Positions 35,473 through 43,696 of a stretch of DNA of 64,000 bases are shown here, piece by piece. Position 1 is the first letter of the stretch. Every line of letters begins with the position of its first letter. The notes below the pieces were generated by a model. It ran no database searches. It worked only from the letters and a program-made list of their open reading frames with translations, and was not told the origin of the DNA. The stretch is from an uncultured Candidatus Saccharibacteria bacterium (GTDB lineage Bacteria > Patescibacteriota > Minisyncoccia > Phycocordibacterales > UBA12088), in the NCBI GenBank assembly GCA_964562615.1, contig CAZLUD010000001.1, forward strand, positions 38,937 through 102,936, in the 5' to 3' direction. The translations under genes were made by a program, and so were the position numbers.

Positions 35473-35970
35473 TTACTTTTTTGCTGCCTTTTTTGCAACC
35501 GTTGCTTTTACCTTTTTAGGCGGAGCGACTTCTTCTGTTTCTGGAGCGTCATCCGCAATAAGTAGCCCTTCCACGGCGCGAATCAGTCTTTCTAGTTTTT
35601 GATTTACTGCCTTTAGTTCTGTGGTAAGTGCATCAACACCACCCACAGACACCGAGCTTGTGTGTGTAGATTCTGGCACTTGTCGCTTTGCGACAAAAGA
35701 TTGTTTTGCTTCTCTATCACCATATCTTCCTTCTGTAGATCCAAAGCACTCTTTGCAGTACACAGGCTTTCCAGCAGATGGTCTAAATGGTACCTCGCAC
35801 GCCTTTCCACACACTGAGCATGTTGCTTTAAATAGCTCTAGTCGTTCAGTACGCGCAGGTCGCATCTTTGAACCAAATACCGCTCTCTGAGATTTTGGTG
35901 CGCCAAACACAGGCTTTCCACCCTTTCCGGCAAATGGCTTTTTCCCTCCTCTATTCATGTATGCTGACAT
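35473..35970 (-). CDS. Zinc-ribbon protein (CxxC…CxxC) with a Lys/Ala-rich histone-H1-like C-terminal tail
   Basis: CSVCGKACEVPFRPSAGKPVYCKECF is a four-Cys ribbon. The C-terminus is PPKKVKATVAKKAAKK, and the N-terminus is glycine- and lysine-rich. Confidence 0.5.
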   Translation of the reverse strand: MSAYMNRGGKKPFAGKGGKPVFGAPKSQRAVFGSKMRPARTERLELFKATCSVCGKACEVPFRPSAGKPVYCKECFGSTEGRYGDREAKQSFVAKRQVPESTHTSSVSVGGVDALTTELKAVNQKLERLIRAVEGLLIADDAPETEEVAPPKKVKATVAKKAAKK

Positions 35971-36027
35971 AATGAATAGAGTGTGGTCTATTTTTGGCTA
36001 AATAGCAAGCGCCCCAATAAATGCTTG

Positions 36028-36432
36028 CTACGCCTGCGGCATGGCAAGTGCCTGATGAATCCCGAAGATATTATTCTCGGTGTCATAAAAGTATGCCTGA
36101 TGTGCCATTCCTGCTATCTCAAACTTTGGTGTTTGTACTGAGCCACCAGCAGCAAGTATCTTTTCTGACATAGCATCTATATCATCAACTACTACCGTAC
36201 AGACAAATGCATTTACACCTTTCCCCTTTTCTAACACAGGGCCATGTCGCTTTAACAAGCCGCCACTAATACCAGCTTCTGTGCTCCCTTGCGGTGCGGT
36301 CATGACCATATAGTAGTCGTAGCCCAGCCCCTTCCACTCTTCTATCACCCACCCAAATACACTGGTATAAAAGGCAATTGCCCGTGGTATATCATCAACT
36401 TGTATTTCAAAATGTAGTACTCGATTACTCAT
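36028..36432 (-). CDS. Glyoxalase/bleomycin-resistance/dioxygenase (VOC) family protein
   Basis: HFEIQVDDIPRAIAFYTSVFGW and a second beta-alpha-beta-beta-beta module (VVVDDIDAMSEKILAAGG). Confidence 0.7.
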   Translation of the reverse strand: MSNRVLHFEIQVDDIPRAIAFYTSVFGWVIEEWKGLGYDYYMVMTAPQGSTEAGISGGLLKRHGPVLEKGKGVNAFVCTVVVDDIDAMSEKILAAGGSVQTPKFEIAGMAHQAYFYDTENNIFGIHQALAMPQA

Positions 36433-36562
36433 GAATGTATGGTTACACTAATACAACCACTCTACCAGTATTCTGTGTAATTTGTAAGCAGCAATCAACT
36501 TCTCACCTCATACCTAGTCCCTCTTGCAACGATCTCAACAGCTATCCATCTACTAGAGTAGA

Positions 36563-36994
36563 CTACCAATTTAAATACGTAATAGTGAGCTGAAGACACG
36601 TAGCAAAGGTGCCCCACAAAAGGTACGGAATATTTATGTAGACCGCCCAGCGCATATCTGGCACTGCATACCACAGCGCAAGAAGCGCCCACACCAAAGT
36701 AACCACCACAAGCAAGATATCGATAGATGCAAGAAGATTATTTTGTAAGCCAAACTGTATCGGCGTAAACGCAAAGTTAAAGATTAGGTTAAGTGCAAAT
36801 GGCAGTGCAACCATCCACGAAATCACTCCCGTGTAGGCTTTATAAAATACCATGCTAAAGGTAACCGCGATTATGGCATACAGCACTGTCCAGACAGGAC
36901 CAAATAGCCACGCAGGAGGCGACCACCACGGTTTAACAAGAGCAAGATAGTACGTAGGTTCATTCATAGAGACAGTATACCATTTGACAATCAA
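36563..36994 (-). CDS. tspO: TspO/MBR (tryptophan-rich sensory protein) family membrane protein; apparently lacks TM1 (see findings)
   Basis: LVKPWWSPPAWLFGPVWTVLYAIIAV is the hallmark TspO motif, followed by four transmembrane helices. The ORF-track start is TTG; the first ATG gives MNEPTYY at 36967. An in-frame TGA lies 9 codons upstream. Confidence 0.65.
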   Translation of the reverse strand: MIVKWYTVSMNEPTYYLALVKPWWSPPAWLFGPVWTVLYAIIAVTFSMVFYKAYTGVISWMVALPFALNLIFNFAFTPIQFGLQNNLLASIDILLVVVTLVWALLALWYAVPDMRWAVYINIPYLLWGTFATCLQLTITYLNW

Positions 36995-37012
36995 TGCTGT
37001 GCTATATATATT
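36984..37012 (+). promoter_or_regulatory. Sigma70-like promoter TTGACA-17 nt-TATATT driving plus-strand transcription into the TspO-LUD spacer
   Basis: Consensus -35 and a good -10. The predicted transcription start (~37019) coincides with the first base of a 10 bp closing stem. Confidence 0.45.
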
Positions 37013-37018
37013 CGACGT

Positions 37019-37210
37019 GGTTCAGGCAAACACCGGCTTGGAATGCACGCAGGTGCCGCTTGCGTTTAGGGTTCGAAGCCCTTTCGGTGGGGTCAACGAC
37101 TTATCCTTCCTGCGAAGCATAAGTGGGAGACAGAGAAACCAGTGCTCAGCACATAGGCGTACAAGACCTGCCTGAACCACCACGCCACCCATTATTATGA
37201 GTGGCGTTTT
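37019..37210 (+). ncRNA. Candidate small RNA (~190 nt): promoter, a 160 nt body closed by a 10 bp terminal stem (GGTTCAGGCA…TGCCTGAACC), then a hairpin and T-tract terminator
   Basis: All elements read from the sequence. No plus-strand CDS lies downstream. Several internal helices are possible. The architecture (5' and 3' ends paired, irregular long hairpin) is 6S-like but unverified. Confidence 0.4.
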
Positions 37211-37243
37211 GCATACTATATATAATAAGACGATAAGCTTCAC

Positions 37244-37861
37244 CTAGAAACCAAGTTTCTCTTTCACAATAATCACCATTACCTTTCTTCCCATAAAGGC
37301 AGGTTCACATTCAATCGTAAGCACTTTTGATAGTACCGTACCGCCCATCCCCACTTCTTTCATACGTACATCTTCAAGCGGAACCACATACTCGCGGATA
37401 CGCTGCATGGCATCAGCGTGGGTTGGCGTTATCTTTTGTGCTCCCACCACAAAAATAATATTCTTTGAAGTAAATACGATAGGTGGCAACTGACTCCCTG
37501 ATGCAGAAGCTATTATCAGCTCACCAGTTTGTGCAAGCGCATGAACGCTACCAAGATAGTACTCAGCAAACAACGATGCATTTCGTAGCTCTTGCTTTTT
37601 TGCAGGATCACTCTCTGCAACCACGCTCGCATGGAGATTATTCCATCCATGCGTATCTGATTTTAGGTAGTCTACTAGCCCAATCTCTTCAAGGGTTCGA
37701 GATGAACCGTTGTTTACAGAGGCTCCCTGAGGGATAAGCTCGATCACTTTTGCTAGCGCCTCTTCTTTGGTGGCAACCACCACCGCTTCAATATTACGCT
37801 CGGTAAGTGCTTTGGTGGCTTGTTCAATAATGTTGTCATCCGGTAGTAGATCGTAACTCAT
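37244..37861 (-). CDS. LUD-domain protein (LutC/YkgG-like, DUF162)
   Basis: Size and pattern consistent with the LUD domain (…IIFVVGAQKI…). Moderate confidence. Confidence 0.55.
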   Translation of the reverse strand: MSYDLLPDDNIIEQATKALTERNIEAVVVATKEEALAKVIELIPQGASVNNGSSRTLEEIGLVDYLKSDTHGWNNLHASVVAESDPAKKQELRNASLFAEYYLGSVHALAQTGELIIASASGSQLPPIVFTSKNIIFVVGAQKITPTHADAMQRIREYVVPLEDVRMKEVGMGGTVLSKVLTIECEPAFMGRKVMVIIVKEKLGF

Positions 37862-37930
37862 ACAATAGTTATGTTACTGATTAAAGGTGAATACTCCACA
37901 ATAGTGCACTATACCACGCTCCCTACGTTC

Positions 37931-38293
37931 CTATTGCTTTGATTTTTCTTCTTTGAGGCGGTATGAAATTATTTTTTTAATAAGCGACACTGGCAATGGC
38001 TCGTAGTATGAAAAGCGAATGCACCCTTTAGAAAAAGATATATTTCGTTTTGTTAGCTCATCAGCATACGCAACAACGCCAGAAGGTGCAGGATAAAACC
38101 CTAGGTGTCCTTTCATCGCTGCAAAATGAACAACATTTTTTCCATATAGCTGTATGGTAGGCATACCGTACCTAATCACCTCCTCACCCTTAGGAACAAG
38201 CGAATTAATAAGCGCTCTCATTTCTTTTACCTTAGGCAAAAACTCTGGTGCCACCCCTTTCATATACTCTTGTATCGTAGAATAATCTTTCAT
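37931..38293 (-). CDS. DUF1801 (YdhG-like) domain protein
   Basis: VVHFAAMKGHLGFYP pattern typical of DUF1801. Confidence 0.5.
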   Translation of the reverse strand: MKDYSTIQEYMKGVAPEFLPKVKEMRALINSLVPKGEEVIRYGMPTIQLYGKNVVHFAAMKGHLGFYPAPSGVVAYADELTKRNISFSKGCIRFSYYEPLPVSLIKKIISYRLKEEKSKQ

Positions 38294-38326
38294 GTGTAGT
38301 GTTGCTACTCTCTACTATTATCATTC

Positions 38327-38743
38327 CTATAATCCATACAACCCAATAAGCGCTGCCGCTATCCATGAGCACACCGACACTCCTCCTGATACCAGTAGTA
38401 CATGCTGTTCATCTTTTCCTAGAGACGCATACGTCGCTGCCGACGCTTTATGCATCAGTGCATTAATAAAGAAGCTATTTATTAATAGTGTAGTTACGCA
38501 AGCAAGCTTTGCATAAAAGAGCGGTTTCTCAAGTAATATCTCCCACATTGGTAGCGCGGTAGCTACACCAGTAGCAATAAGCAGCAACAAACCCGCCATG
38601 ACTGCCCGATGTGTCCAAACGATCTTTTTTTGAGGTATGGTTGCTGATCTACCCGTAACATAGGCGACACCAAGATGATCACCGTACAATACCGCAGGTA
38701 CAGTGATGAGTAGTGCAAGAAAGTGAAGTGATACGGTGTCCAT
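38327..38743 (-). CDS. Hypothetical polytopic membrane protein (138 aa)
   Basis: Four predicted transmembrane helices; no motif recognised. Confidence 0.4.
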   Translation of the reverse strand: MDTVSLHFLALLITVPAVLYGDHLGVAYVTGRSATIPQKKIVWTHRAVMAGLLLLIATGVATALPMWEILLEKPLFYAKLACVTTLLINSFFINALMHKASAATYASLGKDEQHVLLVSGGVSVCSWIAAALIGLYGL

Positions 38744-39231
38744 TATTTGATGATACCTATCTCATAACCAGTAATAGTTTCTTGCGGGCGTGCATCACCA
38801 CTGTGTTGTCCGGTAAAGGCAGCAGTACCATCAATACCGCAAATACCAAGTATTCGCTTAGCGCCACCAGGGTGTTTTGTGATAAACGAAGTAAGGTCGT
38901 ACACCTTACCCTCAACGATAGTCCAACATGAACTTTGATTATTATGAAGCGCAACGTCGGCAGTAGTGTAGCTAGCAACAGTAGTTGGCTTGGTGGTTGG
39001 CTCAGTGGTTGGTGTTGATGATGGGGCGGTTGTTGGAGTTGATACTGATGCTTCTGAAGAAGCACCTTCTGTTTGTGTTGGTGCACTTGGCGTTACAGTT
39101 ATATCTGCTGAAGTGGTTTCTGATACAGAGGTATCTACAGTGCGATTATCAGCAGGCGACATAACAATATATGCCCCAATAAAAATGATAAAAACGCCGG
39201 CAACAATGCCAAGTAATGTTTTTGTTGTCAT
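38743..39231 (-). CDS. Membrane-anchored cytochrome b5-like heme/steroid-binding domain protein with a Ser/Thr/Pro-rich linker
   Basis: C-terminal domain with a pattern typical of cyt b5-like domains (HNNQSSCWTIVEGKVYDLTSFITKHPGG…CGIDGTAAFTGQHS). N-terminal transmembrane helix. ATG at 39231 chosen; a TATAAT box 6 nt upstream suggests a leaderless transcript. The ORF-track start at 39270 is TTG. Confidence 0.55.
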   Translation of the reverse strand: MTTKTLLGIVAGVFIIFIGAYIVMSPADNRTVDTSVSETTSADITVTPSAPTQTEGASSEASVSTPTTAPSSTPTTEPTTKPTTVASYTTADVALHNNQSSCWTIVEGKVYDLTSFITKHPGGAKRILGICGIDGTAAFTGQHSGDARPQETITGYEIGIIK

Positions 39232-39365
39232 GTGCCGATTATATACCAATCTCCCCCTTTTGTTTATCAAAAGGTGATTACTAATCTAGTCATGACAGTA
39301 AGTGCAAATCATAACTATCCCGATTTCCGATTTTTATGGAGTAGATTGTGACTTACTCTAGCTTT

Positions 39366-40118
39366 CTACTTCTTTGAAAATCCTTCAAGTGCGCGAAGTG
39401 CTTCAACCGGAATCATATATACCACCGTGTTACTTTGGTCTGAGGAAATATCATTAATTGATTGCAGTGTGCGTAAATGAAGCGCTCCGGGCATACTTGA
39501 AAGCATCTCTGCAGCTTTGGCGAGATTTTGTGACGCTGCAAGTTCACCTTCTGAGTTAATGATCACCGCTCTTTTCTCACGCTCTGCTTCAGCTTGCTTT
39601 CCTATGGTGCGCTCCATATCTGCTGGCAGACTCACATCTTTGAGTTCAACATTTTGCACCTTAAGTCCCCAGGCATCTGTTTCTTTGTCTACTATCTCAC
39701 GAATACGCTCTGCAATTTTATCCCTACTTGAAAGGAGCTCATCAAGGGTTACTTCGCCCACAATATTTCGCATCGTTGTTTGTGCGTATTGCGATATAGC
39801 ATACTGATAGTCCTCAACCTCTATCACTGCCTTGTTTGCATCTACTACTTTGTAGTAGATAACGGCATTTACCCGTACGACTACGTTATCCCGTGTGATG
39901 GCATTTTGATCTGGTACGTCTACCGCTTTTGTACGGATATCTACTTTTTGATACCCCTGCACAATAGGAAACACGAGGCGCCACCCAGGCTCCATAATGC
40001 TCGTAAATTTACCAAGGGTGAACTTCACCCCTCGCTCATACTGATTTATTTGGCGGATACTTACCACCACAAGCGTGATAAGTGCTATGACTATAATGTA
40101 CAAAAGTGATGTGGTCAT
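39366..40118 (-). CDS. SPFH/band-7 (stomatin-like) membrane protein
   Basis: N-terminal transmembrane helix, SPFH domain and a C-terminal coiled coil (ERTIGKQAEAEREKRAVIINSEGELAASQNLAKAAE). Confidence 0.75.
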   Translation of the reverse strand: MTTSLLYIIVIALITLVVVSIRQINQYERGVKFTLGKFTSIMEPGWRLVFPIVQGYQKVDIRTKAVDVPDQNAITRDNVVVRVNAVIYYKVVDANKAVIEVEDYQYAISQYAQTTMRNIVGEVTLDELLSSRDKIAERIREIVDKETDAWGLKVQNVELKDVSLPADMERTIGKQAEAEREKRAVIINSEGELAASQNLAKAAEMLSSMPGALHLRTLQSINDISSDQSNTVVYMIPVEALRALEGFSKK

Positions 40119-40201
40119 AGCGGTGCATTAGATACTGATATGTATGCAGTATACCACTCACCAACACACGCGTGAATAACTCCTTGGCTTTGAGAAAATA
40201 C

Positions 40202-40221
40202 TAATCGTGGCTGTCCCTATT
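40202..40221. repeat. 20 bp direct repeat taatcgtgGctgtccctatt, copy 1 (copy 2 at 42204-42223 with one mismatch)
   Basis: Read directly. Both copies are intergenic and flank a ~2 kb three-gene segment. Confidence 0.55.
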
Positions 40222-40318
40222 TTCTACCCTATTCGCTACTGGTCGTCTGATGCAAAGAATAACTGGGTATGTTTAAAGAAGAGACCCCATCCTACGATGG
40301 GGTTTAAGTTAGCCGTGA

Positions 40319-40768
40319 TCATTCGCTAGATGCATGAGTAACGATGGCATCATAAATATTGTCCTCCTTCAAAACAATTTGTTGCGCATATACTATACCC
40401 CTTGGGAGATAGTTGGGGTGATAGAAACGTAGCTGACCTTGATCAGCGCTCAGATCCTCCGGAATACTTGAGAGAATTCGAATATCGATAGTCGATTGAG
40501 GTGACTCGGATACATCATTCCCTTGGCCTACAATTCGTTTTGTTCGCTGTATTGCTACAATCTTATCTGTACTCAACATTTTATTGAGAACACTAATCAG
40601 ATCGGAACTGTCTTTGAACCTTCGAGTGAAGTGAGTCTCTAACTCTTTCATAGTGACCCCTAGATGGCCATTGCCACCACAGGTCTGGTGATTCCGCTGT
40701 CGACGCTCTTTGTAAACGATAATTACTGCCGAAAGAAACTTCTGTTTCGAGGCAAGTGTACCAGTCAT
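40319..40768 (-). CDS. Hypothetical protein (149 aa), compositionally distinct (GC-richer codons)
   Basis: ORF track; no family recognised. Confidence 0.4.
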   Translation of the reverse strand: MTGTLASKQKFLSAVIIVYKERRQRNHQTCGGNGHLGVTMKELETHFTRRFKDSSDLISVLNKMLSTDKIVAIQRTKRIVGQGNDVSESPQSTIDIRILSSIPEDLSADQGQLRFYHPNYLPRGIVYAQQIVLKEDNIYDAIVTHASSE

Positions 40769-41022
40769 CCAACGCTCCTCCAGTTGGTCTACTTACAGTA
40801 AATACAATTTAGGCAATTAATTCAAGGTGTGTATGTCGCAAGGTGCTGAATCATGACTATCAGCATTTTTCATTTCCGAAGAAATAATAGTGCCTGTCCA
40901 TACAATTTCTGCCTTGGTGAAGAGCTTGATTTAATACATTTCTATATATATCCTATATAGTGGTTGTGAACTAAAAACTACTCACAGTTTGCAACAACCT
41001 AACCAGTCTGGGAGAAACGTCA

Positions 41023-41556
41023 ATGCATCTACAAGTGTCTAACCCCGACCCCCACAAGGTCACACGACTCAGCGAAGACACAATCCCCTCAGTAAAGGGA
41101 GAGTGGTATAACTACCGCTCTGTATTCACACCAATGCGACCGCTTGGCTACCTCATGAAGTGCAAGGCGAACAAGGACAGGCCATTGTGTTTCGTTGAGG
41201 AGAACGATGGTGTCGACATAACCTTTGTGTTCGACGAGGAGGTTGTTCAGGTTTGCTCACCAGACTCGGAGCACTCCCTGAAGATGATGGCTGGCCGAGT
41301 TGACCCTAAAACTCTCAAGAAGGTCAACTTCGTTCAAACATCTCTAACCAAAGTGCAGTTTGACGCTATTCGAATAGGTAAAGATGTTGTCAGTCTACTC
41401 ACGGTGTGCCAGAGCGGATCGGTGGCAAATTGTTTGCTAGTAACGAAGGGTATAATTCTGGCTATCAAAACGCAAGCAGGGATATACTGCTTGATGCGAG
41501 CTACAGAGGTAAACCCTCACAAGGTATGCTTTGATGCATGCCACATACTTCTCTAG
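41023..41556 (+). CDS. Hypothetical protein (177 aa), GC-richer codon usage than its surroundings
   Basis: ORF track. Third-position G/C-rich codons (ccc, gac, aag, gtc) contrast with neighbouring AT-rich genes. No family recognised. Confidence 0.45.
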   Translation: MHLQVSNPDPHKVTRLSEDTIPSVKGEWYNYRSVFTPMRPLGYLMKCKANKDRPLCFVEENDGVDITFVFDEEVVQVCSPDSEHSLKMMAGRVDPKTLKKVNFVQTSLTKVQFDAIRIGKDVVSLLTVCQSGSVANCLLVTKGIILAIKTQAGIYCLMRATEVNPHKVCFDACHILL

Positions 41557-41582
41557 AATTACTTTCAGCACACAGCTCTGCC

Positions 41583-41614
41583 GAGAAATCTCTCGGCAGA
41601 GCTGCAAGTCTTTA
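41583..41614 (+). terminator. 14 bp perfect hairpin cagctctgccgaga/tctcggcagagctg downstream of the 41023..41556 gene
   Basis: Perfect inverted repeat with a 4 nt loop. No T-tract follows. Confidence 0.45.
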
Positions 41615-41687
41615 GAATAATTGTTGAGTAATAGCAATAAAGTTATACTCAGTAATACTTTTTTAAACTAAATTAAGTAAATAAATT

Positions 41688-42158
41688 ATGCATATACGAG
41701 AATTTGAAAAAAATGACCAGGAAGCTGTAGAAAAAATATTTGCCTTATATTGGACAGACCCAGAGTTTCTTAAAGAGCTTTCAGATGAATTGGAATCGTA
41801 TATCCAAATACACCAACATAGTGAGTCTGGTTTCTTTGTTGCTGAAAAAAATGCGGAGATTTTAGGAATAGTCGGTTTTAAGAAATTGCCTGATTACCTA
41901 AAACCATTTGCAAAAACCAGTAGGCCTGTTGAGTTTTATATTATTGCTGTGAAGAATAAAAGAGCTGGCGTAGGAAAGATCTTGAAATCAAGACTAATTG
42001 AAGAAGCGTATAAATCTGGTTTTAGTGAGATTCTTCTGTATAGTCCAGGTTCTCACAATGAATCCTGGAAATTTCATGACATTCTAGGTTTTGAAAGAGT
42101 TGGAGAGGTGACTCCCCCAGAAGATGATATTGGACACGTCTGGCGAAAGATTCTGTAG
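41688..42158 (+). CDS. GNAT-family N-acetyltransferase
   Basis: FYIIAVKNKRAGVGKILKSRLIEEAYKSGFSEILLY matches the acetyl-CoA-binding motif A of GNATs. The gene and its upstream region are very AT-rich. Confidence 0.7.
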   Translation: MHIREFEKNDQEAVEKIFALYWTDPEFLKELSDELESYIQIHQHSESGFFVAEKNAEILGIVGFKKLPDYLKPFAKTSRPVEFYIIAVKNKRAGVGKILKSRLIEEAYKSGFSEILLYSPGSHNESWKFHDILGFERVGEVTPPEDDIGHVWRKIL

Positions 42159-42202
42159 ATGCTTTCTATGGGCAGGTCAGGACCCATTCTTCACTTGTAT
42201 AT

Positions 42203-42757
42203 TTAATCGTGACTGTCCCTATTCCCTCTCTTCTGAATCTTTTTTCCAATTTCTTTTAAATCCCTCAAGAAAACATTCTTATTGTTTACCATCCTATAGG
42301 AGTTTGGATGTTTGATGCAGAATACGTGTTTGAAACTTGGAAATGTGGGGAGGAAAAGTTTCTCTGTATTTTTTCCAATACATAGAATCGAAGTAGTTTC
42401 CTTCACCCCGAGAATTTTAAATTGCTTTTCCAAACTCTTAATATTATCTCTCATAAATTTTCCATCCTTCTCTTTCCATTTCCGAATTACAATCCCAGAT
42501 TTTGGTTCAGGACAAAATATAAGATCGGTCATGTATGAACCTAGAAATGGCGACCTTGAAAATCCTTCTAAATACCATTTGTCAAAACGATGTCCAACTT
42601 TGTGATAATTCTCTCCAAACTTAATCACCGCAGCGGGATTGAGACCAATTATGACAATTCGGCAATGCAATAATTTTGTAGTTTTCCTGGGATCAAATGG
42701 CCAAATCGCAAACGATGCCGTTGTAAATTGTTTCAGTTTTTTAAGTTTTTCTTTCAT
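42203..42757 (-). CDS. Uracil-DNA-glycosylase-superfamily-like protein (Mug/TDG-like motifs)
   Basis: HCRIVIIGLNPA resembles UDG motif 1 (GINPG), and CIKHPNSY resembles motif 2 (HPSP). Low-moderate confidence. Confidence 0.35.
   Translation of the reverse strand: MKEKLKKLKQFTTASFAIWPFDPRKTTKLLHCRIVIIGLNPAAVIKFGENYHKVGHRFDKWYLEGFSRSPFLGSYMTDLIFCPEPKSGIVIRKWKEKDGKFMRDNIKSLEKQFKILGVKETTSILCIGKNTEKLFLPTFPSFKHVFCIKHPNSYRMVNNKNVFLRDLKEIGKKIQKRGNRDSHD
42204..42223. repeat. 20 bp direct repeat taatcgtgActgtccctatt, copy 2
   Basis: 19/20 identity to 40202-40221. Confidence 0.55.
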
Positions 42758-42808
42758 ATAAAATTTGGGTCATGGAGGAAACAGGGACGACATCCGAACT
42801 ACACTTTT

Positions 42809-43450
42809 TTAGTTATTCAATACTTCTCTTAAGGCCATGTCTACTCGTTTAAACGTAAAGTAAAATCCTTTTACAAAATCATCCTTTGCAAAATCTTCAA
42901 GGCCTGGAATACATCTTTTTTCAGCAGATAGCTTTGGATCAAGCTGGACGTTTATATCAAAAGGATGACATCCACCTTCATAGAGACTATATCCTAAATT
43001 GTAATAATATTCAGCTCCAGTAGCCATTGTATTCAAGTCCTCACGAATTTCCTCGCCAAGAACCACTTCAATGCGAGGTATAACGTTATAGTAGTTATCA
43101 AGTGCGAGTCTTAATTTTTCTAACCGACTTCTAAAGGCACTATCAGTCCAGTGCCTCTTATCCGGGAATTTGGGTTCGCCTTCTGAATCCCAAACAATCC
43201 CCCCTCTTAGTGCCGTCTCTTCAACGTTAATATCGGTTGTTTTAACTAAAGCTAGAACGTCACGAAGGTCGTATATTGCAACAAGCGCATCTCTTGCAAC
43301 ATTGTATTTATCTAAACCTCTTGTTTCTTCATACCAAACATTTAGAGCCAGAAAGGCTATAGCAACTAGTATCCCTTGGAGAAATACATTTATCCATACT
43401 GCAATTGAGTCGGTCTTTATTGCTTTTAGTTTTCTTAAAAAATTTCTCAT
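42809..43450 (-). CDS. Hypothetical membrane-anchored protein (213 aa)
   Basis: ORF track; one N-terminal transmembrane helix; no family recognised. Confidence 0.4.
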   Translation of the reverse strand: MRNFLRKLKAIKTDSIAVWINVFLQGILVAIAFLALNVWYEETRGLDKYNVARDALVAIYDLRDVLALVKTTDINVEETALRGGIVWDSEGEPKFPDKRHWTDSAFRSRLEKLRLALDNYYNVIPRIEVVLGEEIREDLNTMATGAEYYYNLGYSLYEGGCHPFDINVQLDPKLSAEKRCIPGLEDFAKDDFVKGFYFTFKRVDMALREVLNN

Positions 43451-43696
43451 TACTAGGTGTTATTCTTACCAACCATGCAGGGATAATGGGGACTGGGACA
43501 ATATTCAAGCAAATATCGTGTCCTAATTACTCTTCGGTCTTCCCACTCCCAGCTACTGCAACTCGAGCTGTTCTTGGCATAAATATATTAATATCACACT
43601 TTATTTGATTTTATTGTCCTTGTCCTTATTTCTATCTTAAGGCTCCTTTTTGTTTTGCTTCCTTCGCTTTGTCTAAGAGTTTTTGCAAATCCATAT

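Noticed and set aside
37019-37178. Assigning the candidate sRNA to SRP RNA, RNase P RNA or tmRNA
   Set aside because: It lacks SRP helix-8 GGAA/AGCAGC motifs, RNase P GGAAAGTCCGG-type motifs and any tRNA-like end. Only the generic 6S-like architecture fits, so it is left as unclassified.
37022-37243. 73 aa ORF (GTG start) upstream of TspO as an independent gene
   Set aside because: It starts at the first alternative start codon after the neighbour's stop and overlaps the candidate sRNA on the opposite strand. It has no RBS and is AT-rich low complexity. It is kept only as part of the TspO-truncation hypothesis.
41437-41637. Minus-strand ORF 41437..41637
   Set aside because: It overlaps the 3' end of gene 41023-41556 and the 14 bp terminator hairpin.
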